Positions 26,470-36,721 of a stretch of DNA of 64,000 bases are shown in pieces. The stretch lies in contig JBBRXJ010000001.1 of NCBI GenBank assembly GCA_038248505.1, positions 3,198 to 67,197 of the forward strand, written 5' to 3'. The DNA comes from Bacteroidales bacterium. Its GTDB lineage: Bacteria > Bacteroidota > Bacteroidia > Bacteroidales > JBBRXJ01. Made by a program: the position numbers and the translations under genes. Every line of letters starts with the position of its first letter. The first letter of the stretch is position 1. A model generated the notes under the pieces. That model searched no databases, had not been told where the DNA came from, and was given only the letters and a program-made list of their open reading frames with translations.

Positions 26470-29007
26470 TTATTTTTTGGGGGTTTTAGAAGAAGTTTTA
26501 ACGGATTTTTTTGTTGTTATTTTTTTGCTTGGTTTTAATGTTTTTTTTGCGATAGGTTTTGATGTAGTTTTCGTGATCTTCTTTGTTTTACTTGTAGAAG
26601 CAGTTTTAGATGTTACATTTGCAGATGACTTTCCAGTTTTTGTTGTTTTTACTGCTTTCTTTGCCGATGTTGTTGTTTTCTTTTCAGCTGTTTTGGAAGA
26701 CTTCTTTGCAAATTTCTCAGGTGCATTCTTTATGATAGTCATACAATCTTCATATGTTAACATCTCTGGTTTGGAATCTTTAGGTATTCTGTAGTTTGCT
26801 TTGGCAAGAGCAATATATGCACCCCAACGGCCATTTAAGACTCTTAGAGTTTCATCTTCAGGGAATGATTTAATTACTTTTAATTTATCGGCAAGTCTTT
26901 TCTCTTCAATTAATTCAATAGCTCGCTCGAGTGTTACAGAATATGGATCATCAACATCCTTTTTAAGAGACACAAAAAGAGAACCCAGTCGAGCATAGGG
27001 ACCGAACTTTCCAATAGAAACGACAATCTCCTGATCTTCAAATACACCCAGTTTTCGAGGGAGTCTAAATAATTTAAGTGCCTCCTCGAAAGTAATGGTT
27101 TCGAGATATTGAGTTTTAAGTAGGCTAGCATATCTTGGTTTGTTATCCCCTTCAACTTCGCCAAGTTGTACCATAGGACCATAGCGTCCAATAAGCACAT
27201 ACACATTAAGACCAGTTGTAGGATCCACGCCCAAATCACGTTTACCTTTACTACGTTCAGAATTTTTTAGCGTTAATTCAACTTGATTGTGAAAAGGCTT
27301 ATAGAAAGTTTTGAGCATTGTACTCCAGTTCTTTTTCCCTTCAGCAATATCATCAAATTCTTTCTCAACGCTTGCAGTGAAATTTAAATTTAATACTTCC
27401 TCAAAATTTTCAGTTAGAAAATCATTTACTACCATACCAATATCAAGAGGAGTTAGTTTGCCCTTCTCAGCACCTGTAATTTCGATTTTTTGATTTTCAA
27501 TTAGTTTATTCCCTTCGAGAATTAGCTGCCAATAAGCTCTTTCAGTACCTTGACGTTCATCTTTCACAACATAACCACGCTGTTGAATTGTTGAAATGAT
27601 AGGCGCATAAGTTGAGGGACGTCCAATTCCTAATTCTTCGAGTTTGCGAACCAAGCTTGCCTCTGTGTAACGAGCAGGATGATGACTGAATTTTTCAGTT
27701 GCTAATATTTGGCGAGGTTCAAGAAGTTCTTTAATCTTTAACGGAGGAAGCATTTTGCTTGAAGGCTCTTCGGAGTCCTCATCGGTAGATTCAATATATG
27801 CTTTGAGAAATCCATCAAAAATTAGCACCTCACCAACAGCCGTGAATTTTTCGTGCATCCCACTAATATCAATAGTAACTGTGGTTTTTTCGAGTTCTGC
27901 ATCTTTCATTTGAGATGCAAGGGTGCGTTTCCAAATAAGATCATAGAGTTTCTTTTCACCAGAAGAACCAGCAGCAATATCGACATCATCAACATATGTT
28001 GGTCTGATAGCCTCATGCGCCTCTTGCGCCCCTTTTGTTTTGGTTTTAAACTGCCGTGTATGAATATATTCAGCACCATATTCCTTTTTAATGATTTTTT
28101 CTGCAGCAGAAAGAGCGGTTTCTGAAAGGTTAACAGAATCGGTACGCATGTATGTTATCTTTCCAGCTTCATATAACTTCTGAGCAAGAGTCATGGTTTG
28201 CGAAACTGAAAAGCCCAATTTACGACTTGCTTCTTGTTGTAAAGTAGACGTAGTAAAAGGAGCAGCTGGCGTTTTCTTGTATGGTCTCTTAGTAATATCT
28301 GATATTACAAATTGTTGCGATTTGCATTTAGTAAGAAAATCTAATGCTTGTTTTTTATCGGGGAAACGGTTTTGTAGTTCAGCAAGCAGTTCAGATTGTT
28401 TTGGCCCATTAACAATAAATTGAGCTGTAACTCTAAATGCACTAGTGCTTTTAAAAGCAATAATTTCACGTTCACGTTCAACAAGTATTCGAACCGCTAC
28501 AGATTGTACTCTACCAGCAGATAATGAGGGCTTTACCTTTTTCCATAAAACAGGTGAAAGTTCAAATCCAACAATTCTATCCAGAATACGACGAGCCTGT
28601 TGTGCGTTTACCAAATTCTGATCAATAAAACGAGGCTTTTTAATGGCTTTCAGAATGGCATCTTTAGTAATTTCGTGAAAAACAATACGATGAGTAGATT
28701 TTGGATCAAGTTCAAGCACCTCACATAAATGCCAAGCAATAGCCTCACCCTCACGGTCTTCGTCACTCGCCAACCAAACTGCTTTTACACTTTTGGTTAA
28801 CTTCTTCAGTTGGGCAACTACATTCTTTTTATCCTCTGGAACTATATAGTTCGGAGCAAAGCCGTTTTTAACGTCAATTCCAAAATCTTTCTTTGAAAGA
28901 TCTCTGATATGACCATAGCTTGAAGTAACAAGGAAATCTTTCCCTAAAAACTTTTCGATGGTCTTCGCTTTAGCTGGAGACTCAACAATTACTAAATTAT
29001 CTGCCAT
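26470..29007 (-). CDS. topA: DNA topoisomerase I with a Lys/Thr/Ser-rich C-terminal tail
   Basis: Toprim N-terminus LVIVESPAKAKTIEKFLG, active-site region ITYMRTDS, three zinc-less C-terminal repeats (GRYGPMVQLG, GKFGPYARLG, NGRWGAYIAL), then about 95 aa of K/T/S low complexity. Confidence 0.97.
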   Translation of the reverse strand: MADNLVIVESPAKAKTIEKFLGKDFLVTSSYGHIRDLSKKDFGIDVKNGFAPNYIVPEDKKNVVAQLKKLTKSVKAVWLASDEDREGEAIAWHLCEVLELDPKSTHRIVFHEITKDAILKAIKKPRFIDQNLVNAQQARRILDRIVGFELSPVLWKKVKPSLSAGRVQSVAVRILVEREREIIAFKSTSAFRVTAQFIVNGPKQSELLAELQNRFPDKKQALDFLTKCKSQQFVISDITKRPYKKTPAAPFTTSTLQQEASRKLGFSVSQTMTLAQKLYEAGKITYMRTDSVNLSETALSAAEKIIKKEYGAEYIHTRQFKTKTKGAQEAHEAIRPTYVDDVDIAAGSSGEKKLYDLIWKRTLASQMKDAELEKTTVTIDISGMHEKFTAVGEVLIFDGFLKAYIESTDEDSEEPSSKMLPPLKIKELLEPRQILATEKFSHHPARYTEASLVRKLEELGIGRPSTYAPIISTIQQRGYVVKDERQGTERAYWQLILEGNKLIENQKIEITGAEKGKLTPLDIGMVVNDFLTENFEEVLNLNFTASVEKEFDDIAEGKKNWSTMLKTFYKPFHNQVELTLKNSERSKGKRDLGVDPTTGLNVYVLIGRYGPMVQLGEVEGDNKPRYASLLKTQYLETITFEEALKLFRLPRKLGVFEDQEIVVSIGKFGPYARLGSLFVSLKKDVDDPYSVTLERAIELIEEKRLADKLKVIKSFPEDETLRVLNGRWGAYIALAKANYRIPKDSKPEMLTYEDCMTIIKNAPEKFAKKSSKTAEKKTTTSAKKAVKTTKTGKSSANVTSKTASTSKTKKITKTTSKPIAKKTLKPSKKITTKKSVKTSSKTPKK

Positions 29008-29224
29008 ATAATATATATATAGTATGTATAAACGGGGCGAAAAATAAATAAATTTTCTGATATTGAACGTTTAAAAAAAAAATGGGAACACCGAGATAAG
29101 GATATCAATGATCGGAATGCTACAATTTGAGCGGAAAAGGTTCGAAAAAAATAATATTAAAAAAAACCTTTTCGTCAATTAACGAAAACATTTTTACCTT
29201 TACATAAAAAATAAAGATTATTTT

Positions 29225-31585
29225 ATGGGCCTCGATCAAAAAACTAAAAAACGCTATTTGCTTTTTTTCTGGATTATCTTCTTTCTTCCATTTTTTTGTT
29301 TGACATTTATTTTCCTTCTTATTACTACTAATAATATGGGTTTTATGCCAAGTTTTAAAGAGCTAGAAAATCCCAAAAGCAACTTAGCATCAGAAGTGTT
29401 AAGTGAGGATGGGAAGGTTCTCGGCGTCTTTTTTTATCAAAATCGATCAATGATAGATTTTGATAATTTATCACCTTATATGATAAGCGCTATAGTTGCA
29501 ATTGAAGATATACGATTTGAAAAGCATAGTGGTATTGATACTAGAGGACTAGGTCGCGTTCTTATAAAAACACTATTGCTAGGCAATAAAGATGCAGGAG
29601 GAGGAAGTACATTAACACAACAACTAGCAAAAAATTTATTTGGTCGTGATACAACTGTTGTGGAGAATGCTTTAGTACGAAAAATACATTTGGGTATTGT
29701 TAAGTTTAAAGAATGGGTTACAGCAGTTAGATTGGAAAGAAATTACACCAAAAAAGAAATTTTAGTGATGTATCTTAACACTGTTTTTTTTGGAAGTAAT
29801 TCATATGGTATTAAGGCAGCTTCAAAAACATTTTTATCTTCTACTCCTGATTCGTTAAAGATAGAAGAAGCAGCCTTACTAGCAGGAATTATAAATGCCC
29901 CCACTCGATATAGTCCCTTAATTAATCCTAAAAAAGCCAGATTGAGACGTAATATTGTATTGATGCAAATGCAGAGATATAATTTTATTTCAAAATATGA
30001 GTATGATTCTCTTTCTAAATTGCCACTAAGACTGAAATTAAGCATATCAGACCACAACGAAGGCCAAGCAGCTTACATGCGCGAATATATTAGAAGAATG
30101 ATGACGGCAGAGGTACCCAGTCGAAAAAATTATTATGATTACTATAGCTACAAAAGAGATTCGACAGATTGGGAAACAAATCCATTGTATGGATGGATAA
30201 AAAAGCATATTAAACCCGATGGCAGCCATTATGATTTATATAGCGACGGTCTAAAAATTCATACCACAATAAATTCAAAAATGCAAATATTTGCTGAGGA
30301 ATCATTAACAGACCATTTAGGAAATTATTTACAAGAAGAATTTTACAAAGAAAAGAAAGCATCAAGAAATGGGCCATTTTCATCAGATTTAGATGTTGAG
30401 CAGGTACAAAATATTATGAATTCATCCATGCGAAGATCAGATCGTTTTCGCTCAATGAAACGTGCAGGAATATCAGATGAAGTAATTTATAAATCGTTTA
30501 GAAAGAAAGTTCACATGCGAATTTTTTCGTGGCGCGGTGAACGTGATACAATTATGTCTCCATATGATTCAATTCGTTATTACAAATATTTGTTGCGTGC
30601 TGGTTTCATGTCAATGGATCCTCATACTGGATATATAAAAGCATATGTAGGAGGACCTTCTTTTAGATATTTTAAATATGATCATGTATTAGTAAGTCGC
30701 CGTCAAGTGGGTTCGACTATTAAGCCCTTTTTGTATACAGTGGCAATGCAAGAAGGCTACTCACCGTGTTACAAAGTGCCCAATGTACCTCAAACTTTTA
30801 TAATAGGCGATACGATTTGGTCGCCAAAAAATGCAGGAGAAACAGGGCGCGAAGGAGAATTAGTAACATTAAAATGGGGCTTAGCAAATTCAGTTAATTA
30901 TATTTCGGCCTGGTTAATAAAACAATTTTCAGAAGGTGCTGTTATTGACATAATGCGAAAGATGGGCGTAACTAGCGATTTGTTACCAGTACCTTCGATT
31001 ATATTAGGAACCCCAGAGATATCGCTTTATGAGATGACTGGGGCATATAGTACTTTTGCCAATAAAGGAGTTTATATTACACCAACGTTTGTTACCAAAA
31101 TTGAAGATCGAAGTGGAACGGTTCTTTCTCGTTTTTATCCTCAAAAAAAAGAAGCCATTAGTGAAAAAACTTCAGCATTAATGATAAACCTTCTTGAAGC
31201 AGTAATTACAGAAGGAACTGGCTTACGATTGCGAGGAAATAGGTTTAATATGGACAATCAAATTGCTGGAAAAACAGGAACTACGCAAAATCAAAGTGAT
31301 GGTTGGTTTATGGGTATTACGCCCAATTTAGTATCAGGAGTTTGGGTTGGCGGTGAAGATCGTTCTGTACATTTTAATAATTTAAGTATAGGGCAGGGTG
31401 CGAATATGGCACTCCCAATATGGGCATTATATATGGAGAAAGTCTATGCTAATGGAGATTTGGCTATTAGTCAACTTGACACGTTTGATATTGCATCAAA
31501 TTTAAATGTTTCGGTAAATTGCAAAAATTCAGGCGAGTCAATTATCAAGGAAAACTACGATGATACAAATATAGAGAAATATTAA
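29225..31585 (+). CDS. mrcA: Bifunctional class A penicillin-binding protein (PBP1A: transglycosylase/transpeptidase)
   Basis: GT51 motifs EDIRFEKHSGID and GGSTLTQQL. Transpeptidase motifs STIKP (SxxK), SVN and KTGT. N-terminal TM anchor. Confidence 0.9.
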   Translation: MGLDQKTKKRYLLFFWIIFFLPFFCLTFIFLLITTNNMGFMPSFKELENPKSNLASEVLSEDGKVLGVFFYQNRSMIDFDNLSPYMISAIVAIEDIRFEKHSGIDTRGLGRVLIKTLLLGNKDAGGGSTLTQQLAKNLFGRDTTVVENALVRKIHLGIVKFKEWVTAVRLERNYTKKEILVMYLNTVFFGSNSYGIKAASKTFLSSTPDSLKIEEAALLAGIINAPTRYSPLINPKKARLRRNIVLMQMQRYNFISKYEYDSLSKLPLRLKLSISDHNEGQAAYMREYIRRMMTAEVPSRKNYYDYYSYKRDSTDWETNPLYGWIKKHIKPDGSHYDLYSDGLKIHTTINSKMQIFAEESLTDHLGNYLQEEFYKEKKASRNGPFSSDLDVEQVQNIMNSSMRRSDRFRSMKRAGISDEVIYKSFRKKVHMRIFSWRGERDTIMSPYDSIRYYKYLLRAGFMSMDPHTGYIKAYVGGPSFRYFKYDHVLVSRRQVGSTIKPFLYTVAMQEGYSPCYKVPNVPQTFIIGDTIWSPKNAGETGREGELVTLKWGLANSVNYISAWLIKQFSEGAVIDIMRKMGVTSDLLPVPSIILGTPEISLYEMTGAYSTFANKGVYITPTFVTKIEDRSGTVLSRFYPQKKEAISEKTSALMINLLEAVITEGTGLRLRGNRFNMDNQIAGKTGTTQNQSDGWFMGITPNLVSGVWVGGEDRSVHFNNLSIGQGANMALPIWALYMEKVYANGDLAISQLDTFDIASNLNVSVNCKNSGESIIKENYDDTNIEKY

Positions 31586-31589
31586 AGGT

Positions 31590-32966
31590 TTATGAGACAT
31601 TATAATTGCCAGCAAAAACAGATTTTACAAGCTCTTCTACACGACCGATGAATACTACTTTAATTTTATAATCAGACGCTTTGATGTTTTTAGAATTATA
31701 TCTGGAAATATATATTTTTTCGAATCCTAATTTTTCGGCTTCTTTTATACGTTGAATAATTCTACTAACAGGTCGTACTTCACCTGTAAGGCCAACTTCA
31801 GCAGCAAAGCAAATCTTTTTTGAAACAGGCAGATCAACAGATGAGGAAAGAATAGCCACTACTAAGGCTAGATCAACAGCGGGATCGCTAATACGAAGAC
31901 CTCCGGCAATATTTATAAAAACATCTTTAGTAGCTAAACGAAAACTAGCTTTTTTCTCAAGTACAGCAAGAAGCATGTTTAGTCTACGAGTATCAAAACC
32001 AGTACTAGAACGTTGTGGGGTGCCATAAACGGCCGATGAAACTAAGGACTGAATTTCGACCAAGTAAGGTCTTAAACCATCAATGGTTGCGGCAATTGCA
32101 ACTCCGCTTAATTCCTCGTCGCTTTGGCTGATCAATATTTCGGAAGGATTAAGAACTTGTATTAATCCACTTTCGCGCATTTCAAAAATAGCTAATTCTG
32201 AAGTTGCACCAAATCTATTTTTATTAACACGTAGTATTCTAAAAACGTGATTTAAATCGCCTTCAAATTGCAAGACTGTATCAACAATATGTTCGAGCAC
32301 TTTGGGGCCAGCTATGGTCCCTTCTTTTGTGATATGACCAATAAGTAGAATAGGAGTACCCGTTTCTTTTGCAAGCCTCAATAAACGAGAAGAGCATTCA
32401 CGAACTTGTGAAACAGAGCCGGGAGATGATTCTATTTGATCTGTATATAAAGTTTGTATTGAATCAATAACAACTAGAGCTGGAGAGACATCATGGATGT
32501 GATTTAATATTTCATCAAGAAGTGTTTCACATAATACATAGCAGTTTTTATTATTAACTCCGAGTCTTTCGGCACGCATTTTAATTTGTTCATCGCTTTC
32601 TTCTCCAGAAACATAAAGTACCTTGAAGTTTGCTTCCATTGCGACTTGTAGTGCGAGTGTTGATTTTCCAATGCCCGGATCACCGCCAAGAAGAATGAGG
32701 GAACCAGGAACAACACCTCCTCCCAAAATTCGGTCAAATTCACTAATCCCGGTAATTAGTCTATCTTTTTGTATAGAGGTAATTTCGTGAATTGGTTTAA
32801 CCACAGAACGTGTCAATCGAGAAGAAGCAGAGAGTCCAGATCTTTCCTTCACGACAACTTCTTCAACATAACTATTCCACTCGCCGCATGATGGACATTT
32901 ACCAATCCATTTGGGTGATTCTGCAGCACATTTCTGACAAATAAAAACTGATTTTTGTTTTGCCAT
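31590..32966 (-). CDS. radA: DNA repair protein RadA/Sms
   Basis: N-terminal zinc ribbon CQKCAAESPKWIGKCPSCGEWNS, Walker A GDPGIGKST, KNRFG motif, Lon-like C-terminal domain. Confidence 0.95.
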   Translation of the reverse strand: MAKQKSVFICQKCAAESPKWIGKCPSCGEWNSYVEEVVVKERSGLSASSRLTRSVVKPIHEITSIQKDRLITGISEFDRILGGGVVPGSLILLGGDPGIGKSTLALQVAMEANFKVLYVSGEESDEQIKMRAERLGVNNKNCYVLCETLLDEILNHIHDVSPALVVIDSIQTLYTDQIESSPGSVSQVRECSSRLLRLAKETGTPILLIGHITKEGTIAGPKVLEHIVDTVLQFEGDLNHVFRILRVNKNRFGATSELAIFEMRESGLIQVLNPSEILISQSDEELSGVAIAATIDGLRPYLVEIQSLVSSAVYGTPQRSSTGFDTRRLNMLLAVLEKKASFRLATKDVFINIAGGLRISDPAVDLALVVAILSSSVDLPVSKKICFAAEVGLTGEVRPVSRIIQRIKEAEKLGFEKIYISRYNSKNIKASDYKIKVVFIGRVEELVKSVFAGNYNVS

Positions 32967-32968
32967 AA

Positions 32969-33460
32969 TTATTGTGATTCGAGCTTTTTAATAATAGCCG
33001 AACTTGAGAAACCATCAATTAAATCGATTGTTATAACTGTACCGCCACTTTGAGTTACCTCATTATAGCCAATAATTTTCTCGGTTTTATAATCACTCCC
33101 TTTAACAAGAATGTTTGGTTTAACCTTTTTAATAAGTTCGAGAGGAGTATCCTCATCAAATAAAACTACGATACTAACACAAGAAAGTGCTGCAAGTGTC
33201 ACCGCACGTGCGTCTTCAGGATTAACAGGTCTATTGGCTCCCTTGAGTCTCTTCACTGATTGATCTGTATTTAATCCAACAACAAGTATATCCCCTAAGG
33301 AAGCTGCTTGAGCTAAGTATTCGATATGTCCACGATGGAGTACATCAAAACAACCATTAGTAAATACTATTTTTTTTGATTTAAAACGCCATATAGCAAG
33401 CTGTTTAGTAAGTTCAGTATCGGTAATTATATGTGATTTTATATGATTAAGCTTGTTCAT
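32969..33460 (-). CDS. Stand-alone RfaE-domain-II-like cytidylyl/adenylyltransferase (D-beta-D-heptose 1-phosphate adenylyltransferase family)
   Basis: FTNGCFDVLHRGHIEYL nucleotidyltransferase signature. The ATG at 33460 (MNKLNHIK...) is preferred to the track's 33544 start, whose N-terminal 28 aa overlap the upstream gene. Confidence 0.8.
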   Translation of the reverse strand: MNKLNHIKSHIITDTELTKQLAIWRFKSKKIVFTNGCFDVLHRGHIEYLAQAASLGDILVVGLNTDQSVKRLKGANRPVNPEDARAVTLAALSCVSIVVLFDEDTPLELIKKVKPNILVKGSDYKTEKIIGYNEVTQSGGTVITIDLIDGFSSSAIIKKLESQ

Positions 33461-34466
33461 ACGATGTTGTTTTGTCTTTTGAAATGAAAAGTGCGAGTAA
33501 AGAGATGCATCCAACCACAATAAACATAAGTGACATGGAACCATGAGTTAGAATAGCAAATGCCATCCCATCTTCGCGAGGGATACTATATAGAGTTAAA
33601 CCAAGCGTAACTAAACCATGATATGCACCGATGCCGCCTTGTACAGGAGCAGACATTCCTAATCCGCCAATAATAAGAAGGAAGACACCATCAATTGGTT
33701 TAAGCCCAGAAGTCGCGCTGAGAGAAAATATGGCAACATAGGTCATTAACCAATACAAACCCCAAATAATAACTGTATGTAATATAAATTCCCAAACACG
33801 TTTCATCTTGAACACAGATTTCATTCCTTTTAAAATACCATACAATGTAATATTAATTTTTCGTATGAAAGTAATTGAATATATCCTCTCACGAAAAACA
33901 AAATACATACTTATGCAAGAAATGATGAATGCAATAATAATGATCCATAAAGTCCATGAGAAACTAAATAATTTTAAAAGTTTTGAAAACATTGGGTCGA
34001 TAATATTATTTTGAATAAAACCGCCAAAAAAATCAAACTTAGCAAAAATGAGAATAAACAAAAGACCAAAAAGAATAAGCATATCAAAGGCTCTCTCAAC
34101 AATTACGGTACCTAATAATTTATCGATAGGTATTTTTTCCTTTTTATTCACTAACCCACAGCGTGTAAGTTCACCTATTCTTGGGAAAGCGAGATTTGCT
34201 AGGTAACCAACAAGTAGGGAGGGGAAAGTCGATTTTATGTTAGCTTTATATCCAATACCTTCAATAAGAATATTCCATCGGTATGCGCGACTTAAATGAC
34301 TTAAAACGGCAATAATTAAAGAAATCAGAATCCACCAATAATTTGCAGATTTTAAATGTTCCCACAACATTGACATGTTAAGGTCTTTGAACGACAAATA
34401 CAGAAGGAGTATTGCGATTGCTAAAAAGACGAAAAAGTTTATTGAACGAAATACGAGTTTTTTCAA
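33447..34466 (-). CDS. Flippase-like / lysyl-phosphatidylglycerol-synthase-TM-region family membrane protein (UPF0104)
   Basis: Polytopic protein with a SRAYRWN motif after the first helices. I propose the TTG at 34466 (MKKLVFRSINFFVFLAIAILLLY) as start, 10 nt after the panD stop. The track's ATG at 34541 would overlap panD by 65 nt. Confidence 0.6.
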   Translation of the reverse strand: MKKLVFRSINFFVFLAIAILLLYLSFKDLNMSMLWEHLKSANYWWILISLIIAVLSHLSRAYRWNILIEGIGYKANIKSTFPSLLVGYLANLAFPRIGELTRCGLVNKKEKIPIDKLLGTVIVERAFDMLILFGLLFILIFAKFDFFGGFIQNNIIDPMFSKLLKLFSFSWTLWIIIIAFIISCISMYFVFRERIYSITFIRKINITLYGILKGMKSVFKMKRVWEFILHTVIIWGLYWLMTYVAIFSLSATSGLKPIDGVFLLIIGGLGMSAPVQGGIGAYHGLVTLGLTLYSIPREDGMAFAILTHGSMSLMFIVVGCISLLALFISKDKTTSYEQA

Positions 34467-34476
34467 GGCTTTAGAA

Positions 34477-34827
34477 TTAGATAAGTTTATTGGTTCGAGT
34501 ATCAGGAAAAACCAATGCTGGCTTGAATATCTTAGCGTCATTAAAATCCATCATTGCAAAAGAAACGATTACAACAACATCCCCAACCTGAAACCTTCGG
34601 GCTGCGGGGCCATTTAAACAAATCTCAGAAGAACCACGTTCGCCTTTTATAACGTATGTTTCAATACGTTCGCCATTATTCACATTCAAAACCTGCACCT
34701 TTTCATTTTCAATTAGATTTGCCGCATCCATAAGATTTTCGTCAATGGTAATACTTCCAACATAATTTAGATTTGCGTTGGTTACCGTAACGCGATGTAT
34801 TTTAGATTTTAGCACTTCTATAAACAT
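34477..34827 (-). CDS. panD: Aspartate 1-decarboxylase
   Basis: [29 protein letters not shown] (the self-processing G-S site is present); 116 aa. Confidence 0.95.
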   Translation of the reverse strand: MFIEVLKSKIHRVTVTNANLNYVGSITIDENLMDAANLIENEKVQVLNVNNGERIETYVIKGERGSSEICLNGPAARRFQVGDVVVIVSFAMMDFNDAKIFKPALVFPDTRTNKLI

Positions 34828-34836
34828 AGTGTAAAT

Positions 34837-35688
34837 TTAAGAAATTTTTAGATTATCAATTAGTCTAATCCCTCCAATTATAGCAGCCAAGCAAACTACC
34901 TTTTCTCCGGGTTCATTCCAGTTTGTAATTGAAACTAAAGTTTCAGCGTTGACGATTTCAACATACTCGGTATTTAATGTTCCACTAGCATTTATTCGGT
35001 CTTTAGCCCAAATTTTTACTTCATTAGGTGACATAATGGGTTTTAGGCTGGCGATTTTAAAAAGGGTGTCAGAGAGCAAAGCAGCTTGAGAACGTTGAGC
35101 TGAATTTAATCGTGTATTTCGTGAACTCATAGCTAAGCCGCTTGATTCGCGGATTGTTGGGCATTCAATGATATCAATTTTTTGCTTTAAGATATACTTA
35201 GCTAGAAATTTAATGATAGCTAGTTGCTGAAAGTCTTTTTGGCCAAAGAATGCTTTATGGGGTTTTACAATATCAAAAAGACGTGCCACCACCATTGCCA
35301 CGCCGTTAAAATGGCCAGGTCTATGCTCACCTTCCATGGTTTTATCCAAGTTTTGAAGGTCATATTTTTTGTTAGTTCCATCAGAATATATATCATCGAT
35401 ACTTGGAAGGAAAAGGCAATCATTTTCGCCCATCAAATTTTGAAGTAATGATATATCACGCTCATTATCTCGAGGATACAATTCAAAATCGGTTTTGTTG
35501 TTAAATTGAGTTGGGTTAACAAAAATACTTACAACACTAATAGCACACTCATTTTTGCTTGCTTGTATAAGCGATAAGTGCCCTTGATGCAAGGCTCCCA
35601 TTGTTGGAACAAAGCCAATAGAATCTCCTATCGTCCTAATAGTATGAAGATAGTTTGTTAAATCGCTGTTTTTATGATATATACGCAT
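34837..35688 (-). CDS. panC: Pantoate--beta-alanine ligase
   Basis: GFVPTMGALHQGHLSLI and FGQKDFQQ motifs. The ATG at 35688 is preferred over the 12-codon longer track start. Confidence 0.95.
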   Translation of the reverse strand: MRIYHKNSDLTNYLHTIRTIGDSIGFVPTMGALHQGHLSLIQASKNECAISVVSIFVNPTQFNNKTDFELYPRDNERDISLLQNLMGENDCLFLPSIDDIYSDGTNKKYDLQNLDKTMEGEHRPGHFNGVAMVVARLFDIVKPHKAFFGQKDFQQLAIIKFLAKYILKQKIDIIECPTIRESSGLAMSSRNTRLNSAQRSQAALLSDTLFKIASLKPIMSPNEVKIWAKDRINASGTLNTEYVEIVNAETLVSITNWNEPGEKVVCLAAIIGGIRLIDNLKIS

Positions 35689-35899
35689 AGTAAAATGATT
35701 GTAAATATATAGAATAAGTTTCATCTGATTGAATTTTAAAAGGATTATAAGTCAATTAGAATCGAAGGAATTGAGTAAAACTCAGTATTAATGCAGTTTT
35801 TAGAGAAAATTAAAATCGTAGATAATTAATAATAAGATAATTAGATTGTAAATAAAATTTACTAACTTTGCAGAACATCAAAATGTACAATAAAGCACA

Positions 35900-36706
35900 A
35901 TGGATAAAGCAAGAATACTGTATGTTTTTCAGGAGATTACCCCATACGTTCCGGAGTCTGAAATTTCCATTATAAGTCGAAATCTACCGCAAGGTATACA
36001 GGAAAGAGGAAGAGAAATACGCACATTTCTCCCAAAATATGGATGTATAAATGAGCGAAGAAACCAGTTGCACGAAGTTATTCGACTGTCAGGCATGAAT
36101 CTTATTATCAATGAAACCGATCATCCATTGATTATTAAAGTCGCATCAATTCAAGCGGCACGAATGCAGATTTATTTTATTGATAACGAAGATTACTTTG
36201 GACGAAAACATATGTTTAGTGATGAAAAAGGGGTTGAGTTTTCAGATAATGATGAGCGAACCATTTTCTTTACTCGAGGAGTACTTGAAACTATTAATAA
36301 ATTGAGTTGGTCACCCGATATAATACATTGTCATGGTTGGTTTACAGGTTTAATAGCACTATATACTAAAAAAGCATATAGTGATAATCCTTTATTTGCA
36401 AATACCCGTATCATCACTTCAATTTATGCTGATGATTTTTCACATAATCTCAATAAGAAGTTTAAGGATAAAGTTATTATTGACGGAATTAGCAAGCGTG
36501 ATGTTGAGGTTATTACGGCACCTTCCTATGTAAATCTAAGCAAACTCATTATTAGTCAGTCTGATGGAGTTATTTTCACTTCCCCAAATGTAAATCAAGA
36601 TCTTCGCGACCACGCTAAAAAGGCAAGAAAAACCGTTCTTGAACATAATGCAGAGAGTTACATAGACGATTATCATGAATTCTATGATAAGATTGCCAAT
36701 CAATGA
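35900..36706 (+). CDS. Short (268-aa) glycogen/starch-synthase-like protein, N-terminal GT5 half only
   Basis: ILYVFQEITPYVPESEIS...FLPKYGCINERRNQLHEVIRLSGMNL...IYFIDNEDYF matches the starch-synthase catalytic-domain N-half. The ORF ends before any C-terminal Rossmann half. It has the typical Bacteroidota position between panC and DUF4270/glmS. Confidence 0.75.
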   Translation: MDKARILYVFQEITPYVPESEISIISRNLPQGIQERGREIRTFLPKYGCINERRNQLHEVIRLSGMNLIINETDHPLIIKVASIQAARMQIYFIDNEDYFGRKHMFSDEKGVEFSDNDERTIFFTRGVLETINKLSWSPDIIHCHGWFTGLIALYTKKAYSDNPLFANTRIITSIYADDFSHNLNKKFKDKVIIDGISKRDVEVITAPSYVNLSKLIISQSDGVIFTSPNVNQDLRDHAKKARKTVLEHNAESYIDDYHEFYDKIANQ

Positions 36707-36721
36707 TATTCATTTAAATTT

